A DNA stretch of 54,765 nucleotides from an uncultured Thermoleophilia bacterium (lineage in GTDB: Bacteria; Actinomycetota; Thermoleophilia; UBA2241). Shown in pieces: positions 42,632 through 50,721 of this stretch. The notes under the pieces are model-generated. The model did not search any database. It was given only the letters and a program-made list of their open reading frames with translations, and was not told where the DNA came from. Every line of letters begins with the position of its first letter. Within the stretch, counting starts at the first letter, position 1. The position numbers and the translations under genes are program-made. Where the stretch lies: contig CAZJGT010000001.1 in NCBI GenBank assembly GCA_964545565.1, forward strand, positions 5,401 through 60,165, read 5' to 3'.

Positions 42632-43912
42632 CTACAGCAGCGCCGCGCGCGGCCGCTCACCGGCGCCCCGCCGGTGCTCGCCGCGCACGCGCTCGAGGAT
42701 CTGGAGGTAGTCGTGTGCGAGCTTGCGGCGATCGAAGCGCTCGAGGACGTAGCGGCGGCCGTTCTCGCCGAGCCGCCGCCGCTCCTCGGCGGGGGCGGCG
42801 GCGAGGCGCTCGACCGCCGCCGCCAGCGCCGTGTCGTTGGACGGCTCAAAGGCGATGCCGCAGTCGGCATCCTCGAGCATCGCCCTGGCGTCGCCCTCGA
42901 AGCCGAGCAGGATGGGCCGCTCCATGGCGGCGTCCTCGAAGAACTTGCTCGGGAGGATGGTGCCGAAGAGATCATCCTTGCGGAAGTGCACGAGGCAGGC
43001 GTCGCTGCTCGCGAGGTACGCCGGCAGCTCCGCGCGGGGCACGAGTCCGGTGAAGACGACGTTGGCGAGGCCTTCCGCGTGCGCCCTCTGCTCCAGTTCG
43101 GCGCGCACGGCGCCGTCGCCGACGAGCAGGAAGGCGATGTCGTCGCGGCCCCTGGACCGCAGCCGCCGAGCGGCGCCCAGCGCGACCTCGAGACCGCTCG
43201 CCATGCCGATCGTGCCCGCGAAGGTGACGACGAACGTCTCCGGCGAGAAGCCGAACCGCGCGCGGAGGTCCTGGTCGGGCTCGCGCGGCTCGAAAAGGTC
43301 GACGTCCACACCGTTGGTGACCACCGAGATCCTGGACGGCCCGACGCCCTTGCGGATCATGTTCATGCGGTAGCCGTCGCCGACGGCGACGATGTGGTCG
43401 GCGGCGTCGTACAGCGCCCGCTCGAGCTTGCCGAGCGCGCGCACGACACGGCCCTGTGCCAGGGCGCCGACGGCGACGATCGAGTCGGGCCAGATGTCGC
43501 GGACCTCGAGCACGAACGGCGCGTCGTGAGCACGGGCGATCGGCCAGCCTGCCCAACCGGCGAAGAACTGCGGGCTGGTCGCGATCACGACGTCGGCGCG
43601 CGGCCGCAGGAGCGGGCCGGCTGCGCCGGCTGCGACCAGGTAGGAGAGGTAGTTGAGGCCGCGGCGCACGCGGCCGCGGTTGGCCGCCAACCAGGTCCAG
43701 ACGCGGACGGTGCGGATGCCGTCGATCCACTCTTCCTGGTACAGCTTGTTCTCGTAGCCCTCGTACACGACGCCGGCGGGTACGTTGGGCGCACAGGTCA
43801 GCACTGTGACCTGGTGACCGCTGCGCGCCCACTCCTTCGCCATGCCCTGCACGCGTGCGGCCGGGGCGTTGTTCTCGGGGGTGAAGTAGTGCGTCAGGAA
43901 GAGGATGTGCAC
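42632..43912 (-). CDS. GT4-family glycosyltransferase (WcaI-like)
   Basis: VHILFLTHYFTPENNAPAARVQGMAKEWARSGHQVTVLT... with a C-terminal GT-B half (...GFEGDARAMLEDADCGIAFEP). GTG 43912 lies 4 nt after the PIG-L stop; the 501-aa track version extends upstream. Confidence 0.85.
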   Translation of the reverse strand: MHILFLTHYFTPENNAPAARVQGMAKEWARSGHQVTVLTCAPNVPAGVVYEGYENKLYQEEWIDGIRTVRVWTWLAANRGRVRRGLNYLSYLVAAGAAGPLLRPRADVVIATSPQFFAGWAGWPIARAHDAPFVLEVRDIWPDSIVAVGALAQGRVVRALGKLERALYDAADHIVAVGDGYRMNMIRKGVGPSRISVVTNGVDVDLFEPREPDQDLRARFGFSPETFVVTFAGTIGMASGLEVALGAARRLRSRGRDDIAFLLVGDGAVRAELEQRAHAEGLANVVFTGLVPRAELPAYLASSDACLVHFRKDDLFGTILPSKFFEDAAMERPILLGFEGDARAMLEDADCGIAFEPSNDTALAAAVERLAAAPAEERRRLGENGRRYVLERFDRRKLAHDYLQILERVRGEHRRGAGERPRAALL

Positions 43913-43916
43913 GGCG

Positions 43917-44555
43917 CTACAGGATCCAGCGGTAGACCTCGAACACCTCGGCGAAGTCGCAGCCGACGTTGACGCCGCGGGTGAGGCCGACATTGCGGAT
44001 GTAGTCCTCGTTGAGATAGTTGCGGTGGCCCTGGCTGGCGTAGCAGGACAGGGCCTCCACTTTCTTCTCGATATGGCGCTCCTCGAGACGAACGTAGGCC
44101 TGCTGTGAGAAGTTGAGGTTGTTCCACGGGATCTCATAGGCCATCACGGTGGTGCGCTTGAAGGCGCGCAACCCCTCTTCGGCGATCGTCTTGTGGTCCT
44201 GATGCAGATCGATGAGCGCCGGCAGGAGGACGCAGTCGGGGTCGAGGTCGCGCTGCAGGACGATCATCTCTTCGAGGATGTCCTGGCGCACGGTCGGGAA
44301 GGTGCGCACCTCGAAGTCGTAGACCCTGAGGTCGGCTCGGGGGATGCCGAGCACTCCCGTGGCGGCGCGCACCTCATGTTTGAGGACATCCTTGGGAAAG
44401 CCCTCGGGGACGCTCTTGGCCGCCGTGCTGAAGGCGGCGTACGTGACCCGGATGCCGTTCTCGTTGAGGCGCGCCATGGTACCGCCGCAGCCGAACTCGC
44501 CGTCGTCGGTGTGCGGCGCCAGGACGAGCACGTTGGTGAAGCCGTCGATGCCCAC
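43917..44555 (-). CDS. PIG-L/LmbE-family N-acetylglucosaminyl deacetylase
   Basis: VLVLAPHTDDGEFGCGGTMA (AHPDDE-type zinc motif) and LIDLHQDHKT (HxDH). SD GGGGAG. Confidence 0.85.
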   Translation of the reverse strand: MGIDGFTNVLVLAPHTDDGEFGCGGTMARLNENGIRVTYAAFSTAAKSVPEGFPKDVLKHEVRAATGVLGIPRADLRVYDFEVRTFPTVRQDILEEMIVLQRDLDPDCVLLPALIDLHQDHKTIAEEGLRAFKRTTVMAYEIPWNNLNFSQQAYVRLEERHIEKKVEALSCYASQGHRNYLNEDYIRNVGLTRGVNVGCDFAEVFEVYRWIL

Positions 44556-44612
44556 GAAGACACTCCCCTCGGTGAGGTACTGGCGTGTCGGGACGATCCG
44601 CGCCGGGGCCGG

Positions 44613-45746
44613 CTACGTCAGCCCGGCGCAGAGCGAACCATAGAAGTCTACCAAATCGCCTTCCACGGCCTCCCAGGAGTAGCGGCGCTCGACTGCGCGC
44701 CGGCCGCGAGCGCCCATCTCGGGGAGCTCCGAGCGGCCGGCGAGCAGGCGCCGGAGGCCGCGGAGGTGACCCTCCACGCTGGGCTCCACCGCGAGGCCGC
44801 ACTCCTCCCGCCGGACGAGCTCGCCGCGCCCCGGAAGATCGCTGACCAGCGCCGGGAGTCTCATCGCCATCCCTTCGAAGAGCTTCGTGGCGACCGCCGG
44901 ATGGCTGTATTGGCTGGTCGGGATCGACGGGACCCAAGCGACGTCGGCCGCGGCCAGGTACGTGGGCAGCTCCGTGGGCGGGATGCGGCCGAGCAGCTTG
45001 ACGCGGTCGTTGAGACCGGCGGCGAGCCGAGCGACGACCTCGATCTCGAGGGCCGGGTCGTTGAAGGTGCCGCCGAGATAGAGCACGGCCTCACGTGGTC
45101 CGAGCCGGTCCATGACGTCGAGCATCACCGTGCAGCCGCGCCCGCGAGAGAGACTGCCGACGTAGATGAGCTTGAGCCGCGGGTCGGAGGCGAGTCCGGG
45201 GACGGGCGCCGCATCCCTGAAGCGTTCGACCCGGGGGTAGTTTGGCAAGACGACGCGCAGCTTCGGCCTGCCGGTCAGCGCCGTGAGCTGGTCGTCGGTG
45301 ACGACGACGACCCCGGCGGCCAGCGTCGCCAGGCTGCGCTGCGCGAGGGCGGCCCCCCGAGAGGCGATCGGCCGGGCAAACGCCGGGATGTACGGCTTGC
45401 CGGCGACGGCCTCAGGCACGTACTCATGCATGTCGTACACGAGACGCGGCACCAGCGTCCTGGCCGCGGGGAACAGCGTGAGCAGCTCGGGATCGTGCAC
45501 GTGCAGGACGTCGGGTCGCAGGGCGCGTAGCGCCCTGATGATCTCGATGGAGGTGAGGAAGCGGGTGCCGCGACCGCGCGCGGGCAGCGGGGCGCGCTGA
45601 ATCCCCCCGGCGTCGCGGCCGCTCCCGGCGCCGGGCGCCATATACATGACCTCGTAGCCGGCCTGCGCCAGGGTCCGGCATTCGCGTTCGTGGATGCGTG
45701 GGTCGTCCGGTCTGTGAACGACGCTCAGGTGCAGGACGCGGGTCAC
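44613..45746 (-). CDS. GT4-family glycosyltransferase
   Basis: VTRVLHLSVVHRPDDPRIHERECRTLAQAGYEVMY...; C-terminal half ...AAADVAWVPSIPTSQYSHPAVATKLFEGMAMRLPALVSDLPG. GTG 45746 forms a GTGA overlap with the upstream stop. Confidence 0.8.
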   Translation of the reverse strand: MTRVLHLSVVHRPDDPRIHERECRTLAQAGYEVMYMAPGAGSGRDAGGIQRAPLPARGRGTRFLTSIEIIRALRALRPDVLHVHDPELLTLFPAARTLVPRLVYDMHEYVPEAVAGKPYIPAFARPIASRGAALAQRSLATLAAGVVVVTDDQLTALTGRPKLRVVLPNYPRVERFRDAAPVPGLASDPRLKLIYVGSLSRGRGCTVMLDVMDRLGPREAVLYLGGTFNDPALEIEVVARLAAGLNDRVKLLGRIPPTELPTYLAAADVAWVPSIPTSQYSHPAVATKLFEGMAMRLPALVSDLPGRGELVRREECGLAVEPSVEGHLRGLRRLLAGRSELPEMGARGRRAVERRYSWEAVEGDLVDFYGSLCAGLT

Positions 45747-47341
45747 GTCGTGCTCCGGGCAGCGGACCCGACACTCCGGCCCACGCACGCCTGGGCCGCG
45801 TACGCTTGCAGCGAGGGGGGTCCGGGCAGCCCGACGGCCTTCCGCCACTGCGCCACGACCTCGCCTGCCGACGTGGCGAGGCCGCCGTGCTCCCTGATGC
45901 CGTCGACCAGGTTCCAGTACACCTTGTCGTAGCCCCTGGAGAGGCGCGGGTCGAAACGGTTGTTGTGCCAGAGCAAGCTGGAGGCGCCGCCGCTGCCGCG
46001 CACGCGCGCGAACACGGCGGCGGCCGTGTGCTCGGCCTCGCGCGCCGGCAGGCCGCGGTAGTGCGGCTGCTGCAGCGTGCCGTCCATCACGGCGAGCGGC
46101 AACTCGATCAGTTCGAGGGGCCGTTCCTCGGCCAGCGAGTAGGGCCGGAAGGGGAAGGAGCAGCCGCAGCGGAAGCCTTCATGCTCGGCGAAGGCGAGGC
46201 TCGTGTCGTAGCCGAACCCCGCCTGTTCCAGGAGGGGCAGTGTCTCGTGATAAAGACAGCGGAGGTAGTGATAGCGGATTCCGCGCACCTCGACGCGGGC
46301 CTCGCGCCCGAGAGATGCGCGGTCTTCGCTCAGCGCGTCGAGAGAGAGGCGGTCGGCGTCGTTGCCGTGCAGGCCGATCTCACGCCGGTGCCGGGCGAGC
46401 AACGCGAGGACCTCGGGCCTTCGCCGGCGGTACGTCTCCGGCTGGTTACCGTCCTGCTTGTGCGTGTGGCGGGCGATGACATAGAAGCTGGAGGTGACGC
46501 CACGGACATCCTCGCCGCCGAGCATCCTCGGGAAGGTCCAGTACGGATCGGTGCGCCGCGGGAGGTGGCGGACGAGCCAGTCCCCGACATCGCCGAGCTC
46601 GCGGCGCGCGGCGCGCCAGTCGCGGCCGCAGACGCCGCGCGCCGTCCGGTACCCCGCGGCGGCAAACCCGCGTCGCGTCCAGCGCCAGAGGTTGTCCAGG
46701 TCATGCGTGAGCGCCACCGCGAATCCCTTGTCCCCCCACATCCAGCCCGGTTGCGGCAGAGGCTGGAGCCCCAAGGTGGCGAGGCGCGGGCCCAGGACCT
46801 CCCGGAGGAGCCCCACATAGCCGTCGACGGCCGGCTCGTCGATCCTGAGTTCGGGGTTGGCGGCGAACACGCTGGCGGAGTACGGCAGGCGGCCATAGCG
46901 GTCGCGCGCGGGGACGGTGCGCTCGTCCCAGCAGGCGAGGAGCGCGAACGACGAGGCGATGAGGTCACAGGGCGTCGCAAAGCCGGCCGGGTCCGACAGG
47001 GGAAAGGCGGCCACGACCACGGGAGTGACGCCGGCAGCGGGCTGCCGGGCGGTCCCGGCCGTCGCCGTGTGGCGCGCGAAGGCGCCGGCCGGCAACGGCT
47101 TCGAGGAGGTGAGGAGGTCCATTGCGTCGGCGCTACACGGTATGGTCGGCACACCGGCCACGGGGGCCGGGGCGTAGGCCAGGGCGACTTCGCCGGCCCG
47201 CGCCGGATCGCGGGTCACCACGGCCGTGCGGCCCAGCGGCGCCAGCAGTGTCTCGAGCGTCCACGTCGCGCGCGACACGAACTCCTCCGGCGCATCGACG
47301 TAGACCTCGAGGCTGGGGAGCGGCGGCGGCACCGGCGTCAC
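45743..47341 (-). CDS. Polysaccharide deacetylase-like protein (NodB/CE4-like core with an N-terminal domain of about 190 aa of unknown function)
   Basis: FAVALTHDLDNLWRW, EIGLHGNDAD, IRYHYLR and LLWHNNRF resemble Asp/His metal and catalytic motifs of deacetylase barrels. The assignment is by eye only. GTG 47341 forms a GTGA overlap with the ATP-grasp stop. Confidence 0.5.
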   Translation of the reverse strand: MTPVPPPLPSLEVYVDAPEEFVSRATWTLETLLAPLGRTAVVTRDPARAGEVALAYAPAPVAGVPTIPCSADAMDLLTSSKPLPAGAFARHTATAGTARQPAAGVTPVVVAAFPLSDPAGFATPCDLIASSFALLACWDERTVPARDRYGRLPYSASVFAANPELRIDEPAVDGYVGLLREVLGPRLATLGLQPLPQPGWMWGDKGFAVALTHDLDNLWRWTRRGFAAAGYRTARGVCGRDWRAARRELGDVGDWLVRHLPRRTDPYWTFPRMLGGEDVRGVTSSFYVIARHTHKQDGNQPETYRRRRPEVLALLARHRREIGLHGNDADRLSLDALSEDRASLGREARVEVRGIRYHYLRCLYHETLPLLEQAGFGYDTSLAFAEHEGFRCGCSFPFRPYSLAEERPLELIELPLAVMDGTLQQPHYRGLPAREAEHTAAAVFARVRGSGGASSLLWHNNRFDPRLSRGYDKVYWNLVDGIREHGGLATSAGEVVAQWRKAVGLPGPPSLQAYAAQACVGRSVGSAARSTT

Positions 47342-48567
47342 GCGTTCGCCTTGCCGCGCGGTCGCCACGTCAGCGCCCTGTCCCGGATCACGCGGCGAAG
47401 CTGGCGGGACGTGGCCAAGAGGCCGGGCACGGGGTCCGCGAGGTCGTAGAGCCCGTCACGCCGTACCTTGGTGTATGTGCCGACCCAAGGCAGCAGTGCC
47501 CGCTCGCCCTTGCGCCATTCGCTGAGCGAATCACGCACGTCGGTGAGGAGGATCACCCACTTGCCGCCGTCCGTCTGGCGGGGCGCGAGGAAGGGACGCC
47601 CGACGGCGTCGGCGTAGGCGGCGTAGGAGAGGTTGACGCCGGAATCGGTGCCCAGTGCGTGCCACATCCAGTGACGGGCGTTGATCTCCATCAGCTTGTA
47701 ACGCCCGTCGTTGCCGTCGCGCTTGAACTCGACCTGGCTCACCCCGTGATAGCCGAGTTCCTGCAGCAGACGGACGCCTGCGTCGGCCATGTCGGGGACC
47801 CAGCGACTGACGGCCATCCGGCAGTGGCCGAACATCGGCGGATGCTGCCGCAGCTTGTGCCCGGTGAAGACGGCGAGTGGGCGCGATTCCTCGTCCAGGT
47901 AGGAGCCGAGCGTGTACAGCTCCTCGTCGCCGCCGGGCACGACCTCCTGCATCATCAGCGTGCCGCAGTCGTCGACCCGGGCGTAGACGCTCTGCAGCTC
48001 CTCGCGAGTGGCGATCGTCAGCACGTGTCGCCGGAAGCGGAGCTTGAAAGCCAGTGACTCGACCGGCTTGAAGATGGCGGGGAACCCGATCTCCTCTGCG
48101 CCGCGTGCGAGATCGGCCGCGGATTCGACGAACACCGTTCTGGGCGTGTCGACGCCGCAGCGCCAGGCGGCCTCGATCTGCGCGCGCTTGTCGTGGATGT
48201 GCCGCATCGTCCCCCAGCGGGAGAACGGGACGATGAACCATGGTTCGAGGCGCTCGGCGTGCCGCGAGATGGGCCAGATGTACTCGTCATGCGTCGGGAA
48301 GAGCACGGCGCGCCGGGGCAGTCTCCGGCCGAGAGCCTCGAGGAAGAGCACGAAGGCCTCCTCGTCTTCCTTGGGGTCGGGGCATACCATGCCGGCGGCG
48401 CGGCGTGAGCTCAGGCCGAGTGCGCGGGGGTTGGCGTCGAGAGCGAGCAGGGGCACGCCGTGGCGAGACAGGTCGCGGATGATGTCGAGGCCGTTGGCCC
48501 AGGAGACCTGAAGGACGACGGCCGGGTGACGCGTCGCCGCCCTCTCAAGAAATCGCTCGAACCTCAT
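47338..48567 (-). CDS. ATP-grasp carboxylate-amine ligase A (pre-ATP-grasp N-domain type)
   Basis: GFPAIFKPVESLAFK (ATP lysine), LMMQEVVPGGDEELYTLGSY and GVSQVEFKRDGNDGRYKLMEINARHW (Mg ligands E-x-N). I prefer ATG 48567 over 48645. Confidence 0.8.
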   Translation of the reverse strand: MRFERFLERAATRHPAVVLQVSWANGLDIIRDLSRHGVPLLALDANPRALGLSSRRAAGMVCPDPKEDEEAFVLFLEALGRRLPRRAVLFPTHDEYIWPISRHAERLEPWFIVPFSRWGTMRHIHDKRAQIEAAWRCGVDTPRTVFVESAADLARGAEEIGFPAIFKPVESLAFKLRFRRHVLTIATREELQSVYARVDDCGTLMMQEVVPGGDEELYTLGSYLDEESRPLAVFTGHKLRQHPPMFGHCRMAVSRWVPDMADAGVRLLQELGYHGVSQVEFKRDGNDGRYKLMEINARHWMWHALGTDSGVNLSYAAYADAVGRPFLAPRQTDGGKWVILLTDVRDSLSEWRKGERALLPWVGTYTKVRRDGLYDLADPVPGLLATSRQLRRVIRDRALTWRPRGKANA

Positions 48568-48690
48568 GCGTGTCCTTTCGCGGCGCGGCCGGCGTCTCAT
48601 CCTGCCCGTCGGCGATGATACAGGCTGGGATGAGGCCATCGCCAATCGGAAGGGGGTGCGCTGGGCGCCTCAGGACCGGGGCGCGTCGGG

Positions 48691-49527
48691 TCAGCGGAGT
48701 CGACGGGCGGGGTTGCCGGCCCAGACCTCACCCGGGCCCACGTCACAGCGCACACACGAGCACATGCCGACGACCGCGCCGTCTCCGACGGTCACGCGGT
48801 TGGCGATGGCGGCCGCCTGCCAGATGACGACGCGGTCGCCGATGCGGCAGCTGCCTCCGAGCTGGGCGTGCCCGGTCACGAGGGTGTCCTCGCCGATCTG
48901 GACGTTGTGCCCGACGTTCACGTGGGGGCCGATCTTGGAGCCCCGGCGCACGAGGGTGTCGCCAAGCGCGCCGCGCTGGATGGTAGCGTGTGCGGCGACG
49001 TCGACGTCGGCCTCGAGCACCACGCCGCCGAGCTGTGGGAAGGAGACGAGGCGACCGTCTGGTTCGCGTTCGTACCCCATCCCGCTGCAGCCGATGACCA
49101 CGTGCTGCGCGATCCGCACGCGGGAGCCGATGACTGCGTTCTTGACCCAGGAGTGGTTCGAGGCGACGGTGTCGGCCAGCTCGGGGTCCGCATACACGGG
49201 GTCACGGTCGCCGCTGAGCTCGCAGAAGAAGCGGCCGAGGACCGCGGCCATGGCCATCCGCGGCGAGGCGCAGACAGCGACGACGTGACCGGGCCGGGGC
49301 CGGTCCTCCGGGGCCGGTCCGCCGCAGACCAGGATGCCTGCCGTGGCATCTGCCGCCGAGGCGACCGGAGTGCGGCGCCAGGCGATGCAGTCCGGTCCCG
49401 CCCCCGCGTCGACGCTCACGCCGGTGAGGACGATGTGCTCGAGATCGTCTCCGGGAGCCGTGCGCAGCGCCTCGAGCTGGCCGGTCTCCTTGAGGAACCG
49501 CGCGATCGCGGCTGCGGTCGCGCTCAC
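48691..49527 (-). CDS. LpxD-like left-handed beta-helix N-acyltransferase
   Basis: N-terminal alpha/beta domain, then hexapeptide repeats ...VVLEADVDVAAHATIQRGALGDTLVRRGSKIGPHVNVGHNVQIGEDTLVTGHAQLGGSCRIGDRVVIWQAAAIANRVTVGDGAVV. Confidence 0.8.
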   Translation of the reverse strand: MSATAAAIARFLKETGQLEALRTAPGDDLEHIVLTGVSVDAGAGPDCIAWRRTPVASAADATAGILVCGGPAPEDRPRPGHVVAVCASPRMAMAAVLGRFFCELSGDRDPVYADPELADTVASNHSWVKNAVIGSRVRIAQHVVIGCSGMGYEREPDGRLVSFPQLGGVVLEADVDVAAHATIQRGALGDTLVRRGSKIGPHVNVGHNVQIGEDTLVTGHAQLGGSCRIGDRVVIWQAAAIANRVTVGDGAVVGMCSCVRCDVGPGEVWAGNPARRLR

Positions 49528-49595
49528 GGCCGGTGGTGCGGCAGGTTGTTCGACATGCGGCTCCCGGCGCGGTCTCGCAGGTGGGTATCCGTCAC
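49524..49595 (-). CDS. Candidate 23-codon upstream sORF (VTDTHLRDRAGSRMSNNLPHHRP) translationally coupled to the acyltransferase gene
   Basis: AAGGAGG (49610-49604) lies 8 nt before GTG 49595. Its TGA overlaps the acyltransferase GTG (GTGA at 49527-49524). The acyltransferase start has no SD of its own. Confidence 0.4.
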   Translation of the reverse strand: MTDTHLRDRAGSRMSNNLPHHRP

Positions 49596-49645
49596 GATGC
49601 GCGCCTCCTTGACCTCGTCAGACCAGCGCGCTCTCGTGAGCGGGC

Positions 49646-49651
49646 AGTATA
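49646..49651 (-). promoter_or_regulatory. Internal -10 box TATACT in the 156-nt gap between ATP-grasp B and the acyltransferase gene
   Basis: On the minus strand TATACT at 49651-49646, 50 nt upstream of the sORF start. Confidence 0.35.
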
Positions 49652-49683
49652 GCACCGCGGCTGCGGGCACGGCGCGCCGAGCC

Positions 49684-50721
49684 TCACTCGTCCCAGAACA
49701 CCTGGTCGTAGTAGCGCACCGAGCGGCGCGAGGTCCGCACGCGCGACTGGGCGAGCGCCGCGTCTTCGGCGCCGAGCTCGCCCAGAGCGTGCTTGATCCC
49801 CAGGTACGGCAGGATGAAGTCCTCCTGGTAGACGAACGTGGACACCCTCGGATTGACCTCGATGAGGTGCGCGCCCATGAACTGGATGCTGACGAACATG
49901 TGCAGATCGAGACCGCGGCAGATGTGACGCGCCGCTTCGACCAGATCCGGTCTCGAGACCGTGCGGAACGACATCGCGAGGCCCCCCCTGACCGCCTCAC
50001 GCGTCTTGACCTGAGAGAGCACGATCTCTCCGTCGTCGACGAGCGCGTCGACCACGAACTCCGGCGCATCGATGTACTCCATGAGGAGGAGTCGCGGAAG
50101 GTCGTCGCCGTCGCGTAGCATGGCTGTGGCCTCCTCCAGCGTGACCGTGGACGCGTGGCCGCGCTGCTCGAGCGGCGCGGCGCGGCTGCCGGCGGCGACG
50201 ATGTGGAAGCCTCGCGAGCCCTTGGCGACGCGGGGCTTGAAGCACACGGGCGCATCCGGGTAGCCGAGCTCACGAGCGCCGGCGATGAAGTCGTCGATGG
50301 TCGCCGGCGTCATCGCGCGGGGCTGCAGAACCGGCGTGCCCTGCAGCGCCGCGTGCATCGCCGCCTTGTCGTTGCAGACGGCGATGGCCTCCGGGCCCGC
50401 GACGAGGACGACTGCGCCGAGATCCGTGAACGCCTCGCGTGAGCGCGCCACCGCCTCCACCTCGGCCGACGACTGCACCAGAAGGATGTCGGGGCGCTCG
50501 CGCCCGACCACCTCGAGCAGGGCCGGCACGTACTCGGGCGTTCCCCCTGGAGGCACCAGGCTGAAGCCGTCGCACAGGAAGCGCCCGACGGCATCCGGGC
50601 GCATGTCGACGCCATGGATCGCCATCTCGCGCTCGCCGTTCGCCTTGAGCATGCGTATGAGGGTGCTGGCGCCGGGGCAGCCGGCCGCGGTGAGGACGAG
50701 TTTGAGCGGGGGCAGGGTCAC
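49684..50721 (-). CDS. ATP-grasp ligase B (CarB/PurK-like compact type)
   Basis: PVCFKPRVAKGSRGFHIV, LLLMEYIDAPEFVVDAL and FVSIQFMGAHLIEVNPRVS (E-x-N-P-R). GTG 50721 forms a GTGA overlap with the Wzy-type gene stop. No obvious similarity to ATP-grasp A outside the fold motifs. Confidence 0.8.
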   Translation of the reverse strand: MTLPPLKLVLTAAGCPGASTLIRMLKANGEREMAIHGVDMRPDAVGRFLCDGFSLVPPGGTPEYVPALLEVVGRERPDILLVQSSAEVEAVARSREAFTDLGAVVLVAGPEAIAVCNDKAAMHAALQGTPVLQPRAMTPATIDDFIAGARELGYPDAPVCFKPRVAKGSRGFHIVAAGSRAAPLEQRGHASTVTLEEATAMLRDGDDLPRLLLMEYIDAPEFVVDALVDDGEIVLSQVKTREAVRGGLAMSFRTVSRPDLVEAARHICRGLDLHMFVSIQFMGAHLIEVNPRVSTFVYQEDFILPYLGIKHALGELGAEDAALAQSRVRTSRRSVRYYDQVFWDE

